This document shows, piece after piece, positions 14,898 to 30,129 of a stretch of 64,000 bases of DNA. The stretch is taken from the NCBI GenBank assembly GCA_951406725.2, contig OX597833.1, positions 27,900,001-27,964,000 of the forward strand. Direction: 5' to 3'. Position numbers and translations under genes: made by a program. This DNA is from Octopus vulgaris (Eukaryota). The notes below the pieces were generated by a model. That model searched no databases. It saw nothing but the letters and a program-made list of their open reading frames with translations, and was not told the DNA's origin. How positions within the stretch are numbered: the stretch's first letter is position 1; every line of letters starts with the position of its first letter.

Positions 14898-16429
14898 TGT
14901 CTGTGCGTGCGCGCGTGAGGGAGGGTGTATAAATTTGTAGTATAAGATATGAACTTAGAAAATCGTGTGGCTGTCACAGAGAGCTCCTCTGACGGACTCG
15001 ACTAACAGATCACATAGTAATCCAATATATAGGCGTATTGTGCAAAAAGTCCATACGGCTGAAATCTAGATCTGAACGATTAAATTATTTCATGTGAATT
15101 ATATAAACCATAAAAAGTCATGAGGTATGAGAGCTATATTTATTTAGTCACTTGACATCCTTAGGGTTACGGCCATTTCTCAGCCTTCTTCCTGTAGTAA
15201 TAATTTCATGGTGGAGCAAATTATGGTCATATGTTTACATTAGTATGCATGCTTCACATTATACAATAGAACCGTATATTCTTAAATCAGTACAGATAAA
15301 GAAAGCCAACTCAGATCACCACAGCATTATGATTAGACCGACGAGTCAACTCTAAGAAAACATAAAAACTTTTTTTAATATATACAATGTGTACATCACT
15401 GAAGTTTATCTAGTATCAGTTTTCTATATATTGTATATATAAAGAGAAAATTTTGCGTGTATTCTTAGAGTTGAATCGTTGGTGTAACTATGATGATCTG
15501 ATGAGCTAGCTTTTATAATTTATATTGATTTGTTAATATACAATTGTATTATATAATGCTGAGTATGTATATTGATGCATACATGTAAACATAATTCATT
15601 CTACATTGAAATTATTACTACATGAAGGAGGCTGCGAAACAGCCGTAATCTTAAGGATGTCAAATAGTTAAATAAATGTATTCACTTCTCATACCTCCTG
15701 ACTTTTTAAGGTTTATGTGTGTAGTATATATCTATATAACTTTGTGTCTTTGATTTTTCCCTACCACTGCTTGACAAGCCAAGGTGTGTTTACGTACCGT
15801 AACTTGGCGGTTCAGCCAGAGGCCAATAGGTTGAGCAAAAGAGGCCAATAAGTACTAGGGTCGATTCGTTCAACTAAAAATTCTTCAGGGCGGTGCCCCA
15901 GCATGGCCACAGTCTAGTGACTGAAACAAGTAAACGATGAAAGATGTGTATATATTTATGCATCTACACACACACACACGCACACATAGACATACACAAA
16001 CATATATATTTATATACGTGAGTGTATATATACACACATACGCATATATATACATATGCATATATATACATATGCATATATACACACACACACACACACA
16101 CACAGACACACATATATATATATCACGTGATCACGTGACCGACCAGGCTATCAGATTTTGTAACACATCGCATTTGCATTGTTTTAGCCTTCAAATGATG
16201 CTTGAAAGGGGAACGTGAAATGAAGTGTTTTGCTCAAGAACACCACGCACCACCCACTCAAGGAATCGAATCCACGATCGTGAGCGCAACAGCCTAACCA
16301 CTAGGCCACGCGCCTTCGCATATATAGCTATGTATATACATGTATGTTTATACATGTATGTTTATATATGTATGTTTATATATATACGTGTATACATATA
16401 TGTATGTGTATATTAAAACACACGCACGC

Positions 16430-16479
<50 letters not shown>

Positions 16480-17377
16480 AGCGAGCGAGAGATTTATAAA
16501 CACCTAAATAAAATGCCGTAAGCGTGCATATTACCTTCCAGAGGCCACCGATGCAAAACTCGTTTTCAATTTAATTCTCAATATGGCAGACAAAGAATTT
16601 CATAGCCATCCATTTTGGAAAATTTTATGAATAACTTGGTTTATAAAATCGCGTCTTTATTTTTCTTTTAAACACCTCAATATGAACATTTCACCAAAAA
16701 CAAGCCACAATGCCACAAAGCCATTGCAAGTCATATTTAATCCTGCAGTTATATTTGACCAGGTTCTGCCAATAATAACTGCTTTATTACTTATTCTTCA
16801 ATCGAACTTTTATTCTGAGCTGATTCTTTGAAAAGATTTAATGGCGCTTGTACATTTCCCGTTTCCGGAGTGACTGGCTATTCTCACGCGTGTCGACTTC
16901 CGTTTTCAAATCTGGCTTGGAATCATTGCCGTTTCAAGCGAACCGCTTTTTCAACACTTCTGTTCGTTTGACAATATTTCATATATTATCTGTCTGTCCT
17001 TAGGCATTTGTTGAGAAGTGGTGAACTGTTTCGGTTGATATTCCATGCAAGTTTGATAACATTTAAATGCGTAACACGCTACTGGCATTCATGAGTGCAA
17101 TGGTCTCCATGTATATGTATGTGTTTGTGTGTATATGTGTGGGTGAGTGAATATGTGTATGAGTGTGTGTGCGTGTACGCTTGGGTGTATGTATGTATTT
17201 ATATATGCATTCATATATGTGTGCTTGTGTGATTGCATATGCATTTGTCTGTATGAATGTTATTGTAAGTATACGGATATATCAACATATATACGTGTTG
17301 TATAACTTACCTCCTTTCCTGAATGCCTACTTACATATCTATTTACCTAATTATATAATAAACATCCTGTGTAACTG

Positions 17378-17416
<39 letters not shown>

Positions 17417-17677
17417 GTCTGTCTGTCTGTCTATCTATCTGCATGTATGTATGTATGTCTATATAGGTAGCTCTTTAATTGCACGTCTGTTTATGTATCA
17501 CTCTGACTCTTCTATATCTATATAACTTTCAATATATCTCTATCTATCTGTATACACACTTTTTCTAACTACATCTCTGTCGATATATCTTTCTACTGAT
17601 GCATTATCTACCTGTATATTTACATATCCACATGACTCTTTATCGATCAATATATCTTATTACCCATCAGTGTTTAT

Positions 17678-18604
17678 ATTATGGCCTATCAGAAAGTTAC
17701 CATTGGTTTCACGTCTACCATTGCACTTGGCAACATAAGCAAGCCATTAGAATTGCTGGCCGAAGGCACATAACCTCTTTCCTAATTGACGTAAAAGTAC
17801 AAAATGGTCAATTTGGAGGTGATAAAGGATATTAGTGAACACCCCAAAATCCTGTGCAGAGGCAGGATACTCATGTAGGATTAGCAGTGAATGTTCAGTA
17901 GACGCCAGAAGCAAATCTGAAGATGTGATCTACGAAGCAGAAGCGGTGTCCAACAGCAGTAGCAACAACAACAGCGGCGGCAGCAACAACAACGTAACGA
18001 CATACACAGAAATATGTTGGAGCAACAGAAGGCCTCTTTAAGACCAGATTAAGTAACCATAGGTCCTCTTTTAAGATCCCAGAGAGGTACATCGTTGCGA
18101 CATTAGCCAACTATATAGAGAGTTTAAAAGATGAGGAAACGCTATAGAGAATTAACTGAGAAACTAGTAGAACAACCTTCAGCGGAGTCAGGCGGTGCAA
18201 CTTTGTTTGGACGAGAGGACAATGATCCTAAAAATTTCGTCCAATACAGATGCCTTCTTGAATTCAAAAGTGAAATTCTAGTCTGTACCCCGTGATAGAA
18301 AATTTAGTCTGGGAACGTGGTCTTCCCCGTTTGCGGACTAGTGAAACGTACGCGAACTAACCCATTTCGGACACAGCTGGAATAGTTCAAAGGGAAGTAA
18401 CTCTGTTTCTCCCAGAATGGGCAATTTAGTTTAGGGTATTTGTTCATTTCAAGGGTGTCTTTCACTACTAAACTGACCAAGACTGTATTTTTACCTTTAT
18501 TAGTAAAGAGATTATTCTCCGGCCAGCGGGTCTGATGGATCGTTTATATTGTCAAGTGCAATAGTAGACGTGAAACCAATGGAAACTTTCTGACTAGCCA
18601 TAAT
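17678..18604 (+). mobile_element. 5'-truncated Penelope-like retroelement: degraded GIY-YIG endonuclease, 3' pLTR and inverted upstream pLTR copy
   Basis: About 17870-18320 reads, with frameshifts, ...EDVIYEAE...KYVGATEGLFKTRLSNHRSSFK...TLANYIESLK...RRCN.CLDERTMIL...LNSK. 17678-17841 is an inverted copy of 18441-18604. Degenerate hammerhead at 18528-18588. Confidence 0.85.
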
Positions 18605-19214
18605 CAAGGATATACTACTCAACAATATAAAATATAGCCGCTCAAACAATTTTTATATCAAAAATATGTGGTCGTCTACTTAAATTTGGTTGACGTAAAC
18701 TTTGCAAAAACCCGTCGGTCTACGGTACTTAACGTTGGGGGTAGCTTTAATTTGTCACCCATTTTCACACAACCGCCAGGTCCTTGGGTACTGTAAGTGA
18801 AAACCACAATATTACAATCATTCAAATAAGGCTGGTAATTCATTTTGTCAGTGCCGGATGACCCACAAATAAGTCATTGATACTGCTTAACTTTTCATTC
18901 AGTATATATAACCGAGCCTCCGAAAGTCACATAAAACAACAGATCTACGCCTGGTCAGATGTGATATTCCAGTTGATATTCGGTTGATATTCCAGTTGAT
19001 ATTCGGTTGATATTCCAGTAGATGCCCATGCATGCAAGTTAAAATAAGATACCAGCCAAGTACCGTGGTCGGTTTTTGCTTACTTTTCCCAGGGCTCCGA
19101 CGATTATTGATACTACTGCTACCTTTTTCATCAACCACAACTGCTTAACTTCCCAAGCTAACCTGTCATATCTCGCGACATCATTACTATAATAATAATT
19201 ATTATTATTTTATT

Positions 19215-20925
19215 GTCATTGCACAGCTTCTAACGCTGGAGATGTACTGCGGTGTCAGTTGTTCACAACCAGTGAACTAAAATAACACCTCTTATTTTTC
19301 GAGCACCTTCCGGAGTATTTGGGCGGTTCCAAGCAGTGCTGTTTTCTGCAAGTGCTCCACCCTTATTACAGCCCCTATTTGTTCCACGTACTTCTCAAGA
19401 TTTTACTCACTGTTCCCAGGGCTCCGACAATTATTAGTATTACTACCACCTTTTTCAGCGACCATAACTGCTTAACCTTCCAAGCTAACCTGTTATATCT
19501 ATCAACATTTCTTTCATCCTTTTCCCATACCTTGTTGTCAGATGGGCATGCTATATCTATGATCCAGCATCGTTTGCTTTCTTTCTCAATTAACACTATG
19601 GCTGGTTATCTATTCTCTTTCTCATGGTCACACTGAATCATAAAGTCCCATAGGATCTTTGCATTATTATTTTCGAAGATGCCTTCGGGTTTATGTCCAT
19701 ACTATTTTTTTGCTCTGTCAAGTCGATACTTGTTGAAAAGTGTCCAATGGAAAATCCTGGCTATGTTGTCATGACATCTCTTATATTCTTTCAGGGCTAG
19801 TGGCGTACATTGACAGGTAATATGCCATACGGTTTAATCATTTTGTCCACAAATTCTGCGCTTATCACTTTCTGATGTGTTGTCTATTCTGTATTTGATG
19901 TAATTCGTTCTTAGTGCTTCCTCTTGGGCAGCACAGATTAGAGACTCTGTTTCCGATTTTAAATCACTCTTAGTCATCCATAGCCATCTTTTTCCTCTGT
20001 CTGTCTTACCTTTAACATCTCGATGAAATTATCCATACATTCTTTTCTTTATCCACCTATTTTCAATTTCATTCATTCTCAAGTGCTTGTACAGTGCTTT
20101 ATCTTTGCAATCTTCCATCCTGCACAAGCCTGACCTTACTTCCAATAATAGTGGTTCCGTGGCATTTTTTACATGCCATACTATGTTGTTGTTTTTCTGT
20201 TCTAATGCTGTGTTTGCATCCAATCAGTCCTCTTCCCTCTTTTTCTTGGTACATACAGTCTGTCCGTGTCAATTTTTGGGTGGAGTATCCTATATCTAGT
20301 CAGCAACTTTCTTGTCTTACTGTCTAAGCTGTTTAGTTCGTCTACTGTCCATACGATTACCCCTGCTCCATATATAAGGAGTGAAACCACCCAGGTTTTG
20401 ATAGCTTCAATCTTATTCCGTCCGTTTAATTTCGACTTAAAGATCAGTCTCAGTCTGCTCAAGTACTCCACCTTAAATTTTTCTGTCATTCCTTTCTTCA
20501 TCAGTTTATCCATTTCCAATATCCCCTAGTACTTATAGCCCGTCTCTTCTATCTGCTTCATAACCTCCCCCGACGGTATCGCTAGCCCGTCCATACATTT
20601 GATTTTGCTTCTCTTCAAGTCTAACGCACCACACTTTTTCAGTCCGAACTCCATTCTGATATCAGCACTGATACACTGTATCAACAAGGCAACTAACTTG
20701 GGATTTATCTTTACCATAAAGTTTGAGGTCAGCCATACATAACATGAGGTTGACTTTTCGTTGACGGCTTTTGAATACATACCCAGCCTTTGCTTTCCTC
20801 AGAATCAGTGTTAGTGGTATCATGCACAGTACAAAGATCAGTGGAGACAGGCAGTCTCCTTGGAAGATGCCTCTCCTGATTTCTATTGTCCATAAACTTT
20901 TTCCATATGCTGTCAGTTCCGTTTA
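19215..20925 (-). mobile_element. R4/Dong-clade non-LTR retrotransposon, 5'-truncated and decayed
   Basis: RT C-terminal part (KTRKLLTRYRILHPKIDTDRLYVPRKRG), zinc-knuckle remnant and restriction-like endonuclease (WIIDIACPSD...IIVGALGTV...LQKTALLGTAQILRKVL*). Flanked by (ATT)n on both sides. Confidence 0.85.
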
Positions 20926-20928
20926 TCA

Positions 20929-20981
<53 letters not shown>

Positions 20982-21678
20982 GCCATTATTTCGTCCATCT
21001 TCACGTTCTAAGTTGAAATTCCTTGGAAGTCGACTTTGCCTTTAATCCTTTCGGGGTCGATAAAGTGCGAACATTGAGGTCGATTTAATCGATTTACCTA
21101 CTCCCACAAAATTTCAGGCTTTATACATATAGTAGAAAGGTTTGTCACCATTAATTGCTGGTGATATTCACCACTGCGCCGCCACCACCACAACCGATTC
21201 GCCACCCAGCAATCAAGCTTAATTACTAAATATCTCACATCACTTTAACAACGCTTTTCATCACTCTGTCAACATGAAATGACTTGCACATCCATACATA
21301 ATCCACCATTTATATGTCATACACATTAACACACAAACATACATCACACACATACACACATGCATACGTACGTACGTACATACATACAAACATACATACA
21401 TACATACATACACACATACATACATACATACATACATACATACATACATACATACATACATACATGCATACATACATACATACATACATACATACATACA
21501 TACATACATACGTTTCTACGCATGTTCCTACGCACCTCAACACACTCCAGTGGGAATCACATGCTCAATAAAAAGGGGCCAGATACCACGAGAATTCCTT
21601 AAGAAATTTAGATCTATTTTATTGTATTATAACGGTTATTGGTGGTTGAGGTGGGGGAGGACAGCGTTGTTGTTATTG

Positions 21679-21696
<18 letters not shown>

Positions 21697-21710
<14 letters not shown>

Positions 21711-21825
21711 GGTGGTGGTGGTGGTAATGTGGTGGTGGTGGTGGTAATGTGGTGGTGGTGGTGGTAATGTGGTGGTGGTGGTGGTAATGTGGTGGTGGTG
21801 GTGGTGGTGGTGGTAATGTGGTAGT
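21697..21825. repeat. (GGT)n array with a 20-bp higher-order unit GTAATGTGGTGGTGGTGGTG
   Basis: GTAATGT recurs every 20 bp from about 21724 to 21790. Confidence 0.85.
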
Positions 21826-22128
21826 GAGGTTACGGAATTATGGTAGTGATGAGTAATGGGATGGTGTGGCGGTCGGTGGCTGAGGGAATTTGTTGTTTTT
21901 GGTTGATGTTCAAAGAAAGCAAAAGGTGTTAGTTTGGGTAGACAGTGGTGATTTGTGAGAGCTGGCTGTGGGATTTTGTGGTTTGGGAGATGGAGGACTG
22001 CCGGACGACTGGTGGTGGTGGTGGTGGTAGTGGTAGTGGTAGTGGTGTCAAGTGTAAAATAAGATGATCGTACTTGTGTGAAAAGATTTCTACATGTGAG
22101 TCGGAGAGTTCCCTGCATATATATATAT

Positions 22129-22211
<83 letters not shown>

Positions 22212-22300
22212 TATACATATATCTAATGACTGACAAGGGAGACAAGCTCTCTACAGCAAGCAAGTTACTATATATTATGTGTATGTGTATGTGTGTGTTC

Positions 22301-22335
<35 letters not shown>

Positions 22336-22515
22336 TATATATATTAATGGACATAACCATAATGCAGAGAATGTGTACAGGCATGCATGAAAGCTGGTGT
22401 GCGTGCGTTATATATGCATTGGGGTATTTGTGTATGAGTGTGTGTGTGTGTGTGTGGCTGCATGCGAGCGATTTCCCAGCTTATGAGAAATATATCTTTG
22501 TAAGTGTGCATGTGT

Positions 22516-22556
<41 letters not shown>

Positions 22557-22840
22557 TGTGTGTCTGTGTGTGTTTGTGTATTTACCAGCCATTTAGCAAT
22601 GTTGCAAATATTTAAAATTTGTTTAGAGATAAATAATACAAAGGATCAAATTGAACGTTCGTAATTCTCTCATTTCTGGTTTGTATACACAGGAGGGTGG
22701 GTGTTGTAGGAGGGAAGTGAGAGATGGCAAGTGGGAGGTAGGAGATGGCGGAGTTGTCATTGAATTTCTGTGTCTTTTGTGTAAATATATTAATATACTA
22801 CGCATTGCACACACGCACTCTCAACACACACCTTCATATA

Positions 22841-22889
<49 letters not shown>

Positions 22890-23830
22890 ATATGTATATG
22901 TATGTATACATATACACACACACACATACATACATACATACATACATACATACATACATACATACATACATACATACATGCATATATATATATATATATA
23001 TATACTTACATACATATATACATACATACATAAACATACACATTTATGTATATACTTGTACATTCATGTAAATGTATGTGTGCGTGCATGTGTGTGTTTG
23101 TGAATGCCTTATAAACATATATATTTATAAATATCGGGGTAGTGGAATCGTGTCGCACCAGATTCTCTCATTTATCTTCCTGCGATCTCAAGTGAGTTAG
23201 TCTTTGTGTTAGCGAAGCTAATTTTTCTTTTGGAAAAGAAAAATAATATAGGCACTTGTGTTTCAAGGTTCAATTCTAGGTTAAAGTAAGAATATATTGA
23301 ATTTTAATTGGTGAACTTACAGATTGTTAAGTAAACTATAAATGGATTTCTTTAGAATTTGATTTGAACGAAAACTGAAGGAAGACGGCATCAACAACCT
23401 TGACATTGTATTATAGAGAAGAGAAGTTTAATGGGCGCAGATATGGTTGCCTGGTTGAGAATGTTGTTGAGTAATCACGTGATTATGAATTGGATCCCAC
23501 TGCACGAACAAACAACAGTCCTTTGCATTAGCCTTGTGTATGGCCATTGTGTGGAAGCTTCCCTCTGTGTGTGTGTGAGTGCGTGTGTGTGTGAATTGTG
23601 TGTGCGTGTGTATGTGTATTGTGTGTGTATTGTGTGTGTGTGTATACCTGCGCGCGCGTGTCTTTGCAACCTGTCCATACATACGTACAACCATACATAC
23701 ATATACACACAAATTACATATATATATACATACATACATACATACATACATACATACACACACACATACATACATACATACATACATACATACATACATA
23801 CATACATACATACATACATACATACATACA

Positions 23831-23878
<48 letters not shown>

Positions 23879-24459
23879 ATGCATAAAAAGAGTCTGAAAG
23901 ATTGCCTTAAGATACATGCCGGATTTTATAAATATGCCTGTTCAAGTATCACGATAGCATGAAACTTTTAGTACATCTTTCGGTTGTGTAGCTAAATTGA
24001 TGTGTGTGTGTGTGTGTATGTATGTGTGTGTATGTATGTATGCATGCATGCATGCATGTATGTATGTATGTATGTATGCATACATGTATGTATGTATGCA
24101 TGTATGTATGTATGTATGTATGTATGTATGTATGCATGTGTGTATGTATGTATGTATGTATGTATGTATGTATGTATGTATGTATGTATGTATGTATGTA
24201 TGTGTGTATGTATGTATCTGCATATGTATTGTGTTTATGTGTCTATGTTTGTCCTCGACCACCGCTTGACAGTCTGTGCTGGTGTGATTACGCTTCTGTA
24301 ACTTAGCAGTTCTACAAAAGAGAACGATAGATAAGTACTAGGCTTTAAAAAAATAAGTCTTGGGGTCGATTTGTCAGACTAGAAAACTCCTCCGAGGGGG
24401 TGCCCCTGCATGGCCACAGTCAAAATGATTGTAACAATAAAAGATATGAGTCACTATAT

Positions 24460-26250
24460 TTCTTGGGTGTCAGTGTTCTTTTCCATTCTGATATCAATTG
24501 TAGAACTTCTTCAGTCATTTACGCTTGATCTTTCTCTTTTTCTTTGGCAAGCTACTCACCCCATGCGTCACGCTGTCTCTGAGGATTTCCCATTTTCTAT
24601 CAAGTTTTCCCATTGGGTGTTTCTTAATATTGTTCAAAGCCTTCATTCCTGAACATTTATTGTTCACTTCAATGTTGTATTTCCGTTTTACATCTGCTAA
24701 TCTCGGCCAATAACATAAGCTTTCCTTAAGGTGGTAAGCTGGCAGAATCTTTAAAACGCCGAGCAAAATGCTTAACGGTATTTCATCCGTTTTTTATGTT
24801 CTGAGTTCTAATTCTGCCGAGGTCGACTTTGCCTTTCATCCTTTCGGGATCGATAAATTAAGTACGAGCACTGGGGTCGATGAAATCGACTTATCCCCTC
24901 CCCCGAAATGGCTGCCCTTGTGCCAAAATTTGAAACCAATATCATAAGCCTTCCTTGTTTCGGTTTCCAGGGTGGGTACTTTTGCGCTTACAAGGTTATG
25001 ATCCGAAAAGATGTCTGCCCCCGGTATGTTTTGCACAGTTTGATGCTGTTGTCGAATCGGTTATATTGGGACCGAAAGCAGTCATCAAAATAGAGCAGGT
25101 ATTGTCAGAACCAGAAGAGATCAAAAGAGGTATAAGACAAGGATGTGTGTTACCCCATACCTATTTCATATCTATTCAGGGAGTCAAACAAGATCAAAGA
25201 ACTCATATTTAATGGCGTGAGCATAAGCAATATAAGATATGCTGATAATACAGCGTTATTTACAGGCAACAATGAAAAGTTACAAGAAGCTGTTGATGCT
25301 GTAAAGAAAGAAGTAAAACGAGAAACACAATGGTTATTATTAAGAGAGTGAATATAATGGATGTGAATATAAAGACAGATGGACAGAAGCTTGAGCAGAC
25401 GAAAAATAAACCAAGATTGCTGTTAAGAAGAATAAATAAGAATTAAGCAGCATTTATATGAAATTAAAGATATTCGCCTCTAAAACAAAAGACATAACAT
25501 CAAGGCCAAATTATGACCCTTGAGGACCTAAGCACATTAACAATGTTGGTGTCCCTTAATGTAATTAAAAATATATATAATAATAAGCCATAAAATAAAT
25601 GTTTATCTCTCAAAATGAAACAAAATTAACAGTAAGATGGAAAATAATGTTTATTTTTGTATACTTCCACTTTATTTATATTTGAAAAGTTTTCTCCTAC
25701 GTTTTTTATACTGTTTGATCAGATCCTCACTGTAACACCATGAACACTTTGAGATTATATTACCGATCATAGAAACTACTTAGAATATTATTTTAGCAAG
25801 CTTAAAGAGATTTCTTTTGTGCTGTAAACCTTTTACTCCTTCTGTGGTGACCCCCTCCCCTTGATGCCCTAAACACGTGCTTATTTTACTTAATGGCTAA
25901 CTTAGCGCGGCATAACATGTAGAGAAACACTGAGGTTAGCAAATTGCTGCATCATGCCAATTGTCTTCTACAAGACAGAAACTTGGATAATGCATACAGC
26001 TTTGGAGAAAAAGGTAGAAGCATTTGAGACACGAGCTTCCCCAGATTCGACAGGATCAACTGGAAAGCACTAGGAAAACTGAAAGTCCAAAGATAGTAAG
26101 CAAGCATCAAGTTCACAAAGTTAATATATTTTGAACACACAATGCGCCACGAGTCATTGCTTAAGACCATCGTTACAGGAAGTATGGAGAGAAAGAGAGC
26201 AAAAGACGGCCAACGACGTTTGGGGACTGACAACGACAAAAATGCACTGG
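24460..26250. mobile_element. RTE-clade LINE fragments in opposite orientations, interrupted by a SINE and a MITE-like insert
   Basis: Plus strand from 25075: KRGIRQGCVL...NIRYADNTAL, and 3' region 25920-26250. Minus strand 24460-25070: APE end GADIFSDHNLV plus linker. Confidence 0.7.
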
Positions 26251-27300
26251 AAACAATAACATGCTTAATTGTATGCTTGCAGCACACCACACAAGGGGAA
26301 AAAAGGCTCTTGGCTGACCACAGAATGCAGGGAGGGCTCCTGGCCGATGATAGTGATTTTATTATACAGTTTTCCATATGTCGTATGTGTGAGTACACCA
26401 TATGAGATCATCAGAGATTGTGAGGTCCATGATTTACGGCGGCTTTGCAGGTTTCAGTTGTATTTTAGTCAAGATCGAAAAGCACAAAAGTGTTTCATTG
26501 ACGTGTATAATCACTGTGTGTTTATGTCGTCGAAAACTCCAGATTGCTATGTCCCCTTCTAAGGATGTTGTTCTTAGTATTTGTTCTTGGAAGTTGTGCA
26601 GGTCTGCGATGAGGCGTTCCAGGGGAATGTGTATGACGCTTGTATATAGAAGGCTTAAAGATGTGAAGAGTAAAATGCTATGAACTGTGGATAAACGGGG
26701 GTTCATAGAAGAAACAAGTAGAAACAGCATTGGTAGTCATTGAAGTGGAAGATAAACTAAAAGAGAGATGAAGCACGGGGTTATATACAACTCCTTCTAT
26801 TAACCCTTAGTTTTTTGGGAATGGAGGTGATAGGACAGTAGTTGTCAAGATGGAAGATTATGTTTTTTGTGGGAAAATAAGCCACATCATAGCACTGTTT
26901 TAATATACAGAATAATGGGGAAACAGAATTATTGTAGAGTTTGTTGAGAATACAAACTAATCCAAGAATATGCTTAAATATACGTCGATATATGGAAACA
27001 TACATCAATATATCAAATATGCTGAAGACGGTGAACTAGCAGAATCATTACCGTGCCGGGCAAAATGTTTAGCAGCATTTCGTCTTTCTTAACGTTCTGA
27101 GTTCAAATTCCACCATAGTCGACTTTGCCATTTATTATTTAGGGGTCAATAAAATAAGTACCAGTCAAACACTGTGGGTTTATGTAATCGACTTAACCCA
27201 CCCCCATAATTGCTGGCCAAAATTTGAAGCCAATATATTAAGCATAGACACACACACACACACATTTATATATATATGTATACACACGCGTGGTGTATAC

Positions 27301-27349
<49 letters not shown>

Positions 27350-27350
27350 C

Positions 27351-27409
<59 letters not shown>

Positions 27410-27699
27410 AGAGTTGATTTTCTGTTTCTCTTTATCCGGCTTTCTGTCTCCCCGATTTTCTGGGTTCGGGAAGAAATCGGCCTTGCTAAGATCTTGAGAA
27501 GGACTGGCTCTACCAGATCTAAATATGCCTAAAGCACGCTGTATGCCACAACGGCACCCTACGACTTTATCTGGGAGTTGAGGACTCAAGGAAGGGCATG
27601 TGTGTATGTATGTGTGCATGCACACACACATACATACATATGCTATGTATGTGCGTAATTATTTGTGTATATTATGTATATATATACATACATACATAC

Positions 27700-27732
<33 letters not shown>

Positions 27733-27775
27733 TGTATGTATGCATACATGCATGCATGTATGTATGTATGTATGT

Positions 27776-27947
27776 AGAAGAAGAAGAAGAAGAAGAAGAA
27801 GAAGAAGAAGAAGAAGAAGAAGAAGAAGAAGAAGAAGAAGAAGAAGAAGAAGAAGAAGAAGAAGAAGAAGAAGAAGAAGAAGAAGAAGAAGAAGAAGAAG
27901 AAGAAGAAGAAGAAGAAGAAGAAGAAGAAGAAGAAGAAGAAGAAGAA
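27776..27947. repeat. Pure (GAA)n array, about 57 units
   Basis: Read directly from the sequence. Confidence 0.97.
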
Positions 27948-28349
27948 AGACGATGATGATGATGATCACGATGAGCATGATGATTGCTGTTAAATACCAG
28001 AACCAATATCTACTGGAACGGATATCCGACAGAAGCTTCAAACGGCAAACAAAATCAGATGAGAGACTGATTTTACAGGAAACAAGCTGTGAATTAATTC
28101 CTTGTTTTGTGTTGTAGTGTTTGCGTTTGTAATATTTTTGCCGTTGTATTTGTTTGATTTTAAAGTGGTTTAGAGTAGAATTTGTTGTTGCTTTTCTTCT
28201 CATGTTTGATTTTTGTTGTTATATTCGTATTATTGTTGTTGTTGTTGTTGTTTTGAATGAGGTATTTGTAAGTTGTGTTTGATCGTCGTCTTGTTTGTGT
28301 CTTTTTTATTTGTTTGTTGCTATGTTTTTTTATTATTATTATCATTATC

Positions 28350-28419
<70 letters not shown>

Positions 28420-29868
28420 CTCGCCTGTTTTTAAGAGAGAATGAAACTTTGCCAAAAACTGCGATTTTGCTGTTTCCCTTGGCGGTGTGTAAGAGAGGAG
28501 ATACGGCATAGATAGTGAATATAGCGTATATAGTGAACGGGGAGAGGATAGAGAAAGAGAGAAGAGGATGGGAGTGAGGGTGAAGAGGATAGAGTAGGAG
28601 GAAGGGACTAGAGGAAAGGAAGGAGAGGAGCAGGTGCGGGGCGAGTATACAAGGATAAGAAGGGAAAGAAAAGTAGTATGGTATTGAGGTTCCGAAGTTT
28701 TGTGGTGTTGGGTAGTTGATAAATGTAATGGCGGTAGTAGCATTTGATGTTGGTGGCGTTGTCAGTGGTGTTGCTGATGGTGGTTTTTATAGCGACGGCA
28801 GTGGTGGTGGCGGTGACGGTGGTGGTAGTGGTTGTGGTCTTGGTGGTGGTGTTGGTGGTAGCGGGCGTGTAGTAATTGGTAGTATCAGTGGTGATGATGA
28901 TGATAATGCTGCTACTGCTGCTTCTGCTGTTGCTGCTGCTGCCGCTGCTGCTGCTGCAACTACTGTCACTTCTGGTATTTATGTGAATTTCTTGATTGAG
29001 GGGAGGGATAATGATAGCGATGATAGTAGTTTGGATGATATTCATGACGACGACGATGATGAAGAAGATAATAATGATGATGATGACGGACATATTGATA
29101 ATATAGACACAAATACTGGTTTGTAACAAAGCCACTTTCTCTTTAGTGTTAGTCGATGATAAGTCGTTCCCAATATTTACTGATACTCATTTTGTGGTCC
29201 CTGAAGGTTGGAAAATGGAAGTCAGAGAAGATTTATTTAAACACGTGAAAAATAAAATAATTACAACTGGAAATCTGAAACAAAATTTTAGGAATCGCAC
29301 CCCAAGATAAGTAAGGAACCTCATAGATATTGGGTCGCCGCGACCGCCAAGGGTGCTACAGGGAGACATTTCTTTCCTATTTGTTCGCTCCGTCCTACAG
29401 GCACCAGCTTAAAGTAGGCCCATTCAGTCGAGCCAACTTCACTATATTCGCTTTCAACAAATTTACTTCGGAAGGTGCAGCGCCCCATTCTCTACCCTCA
29501 CCTTCTGTCTCAATCTTTTCTCTTTAATCTTCTTGTTTCAGACATTTGATTACAGCCATGCTTGGGCACCGCCTTGAAGAGTTTTAGTCGAACAAATGGA
29601 ACCCAGGACTTTTCTTAAGCCTGGTACTTATTCTATCGTTCTCTTTGGTCGAACCGCTAAGTTACGGGGATGAAAACATACCAACACCGGTTGTTAAGCA
29701 GTAGTGGAGGACAAATACAGACACAAAGATACACACAAACACAAACACACACACACGCACACATAATATAATTAAAGGATAAAATCATTAAAATTAATGA
29801 ATTTTATCAATGACCAGTATATAGGCATGGAAGCTTGTGTCCTTAGTTATAATTGTATTCTTCACAAT

Positions 29869-29959
<91 letters not shown>

Positions 29960-29978
29960 ATGTATTATGTATGTATGC

Positions 29979-30072
<94 letters not shown>

Positions 30073-30085
30073 TATGTATGTATGC

Positions 30086-30129
<44 letters not shown>

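Noticed and set aside
18962-19019. Short repeats GATATTCCAGTTGATATTCGGTT as a CRISPR-like array
   Set aside because: Simple tandem with no spacers, in a eukaryotic context with no cas genes.
28716-29126. Gly/Ala/Asp-rich 136-aa ORF as an extra Bsx exon
   Set aside because: It is decayed GGT/GCT/GAT trinucleotide sequence, and Bsx exon 1 already has the family N-terminus.
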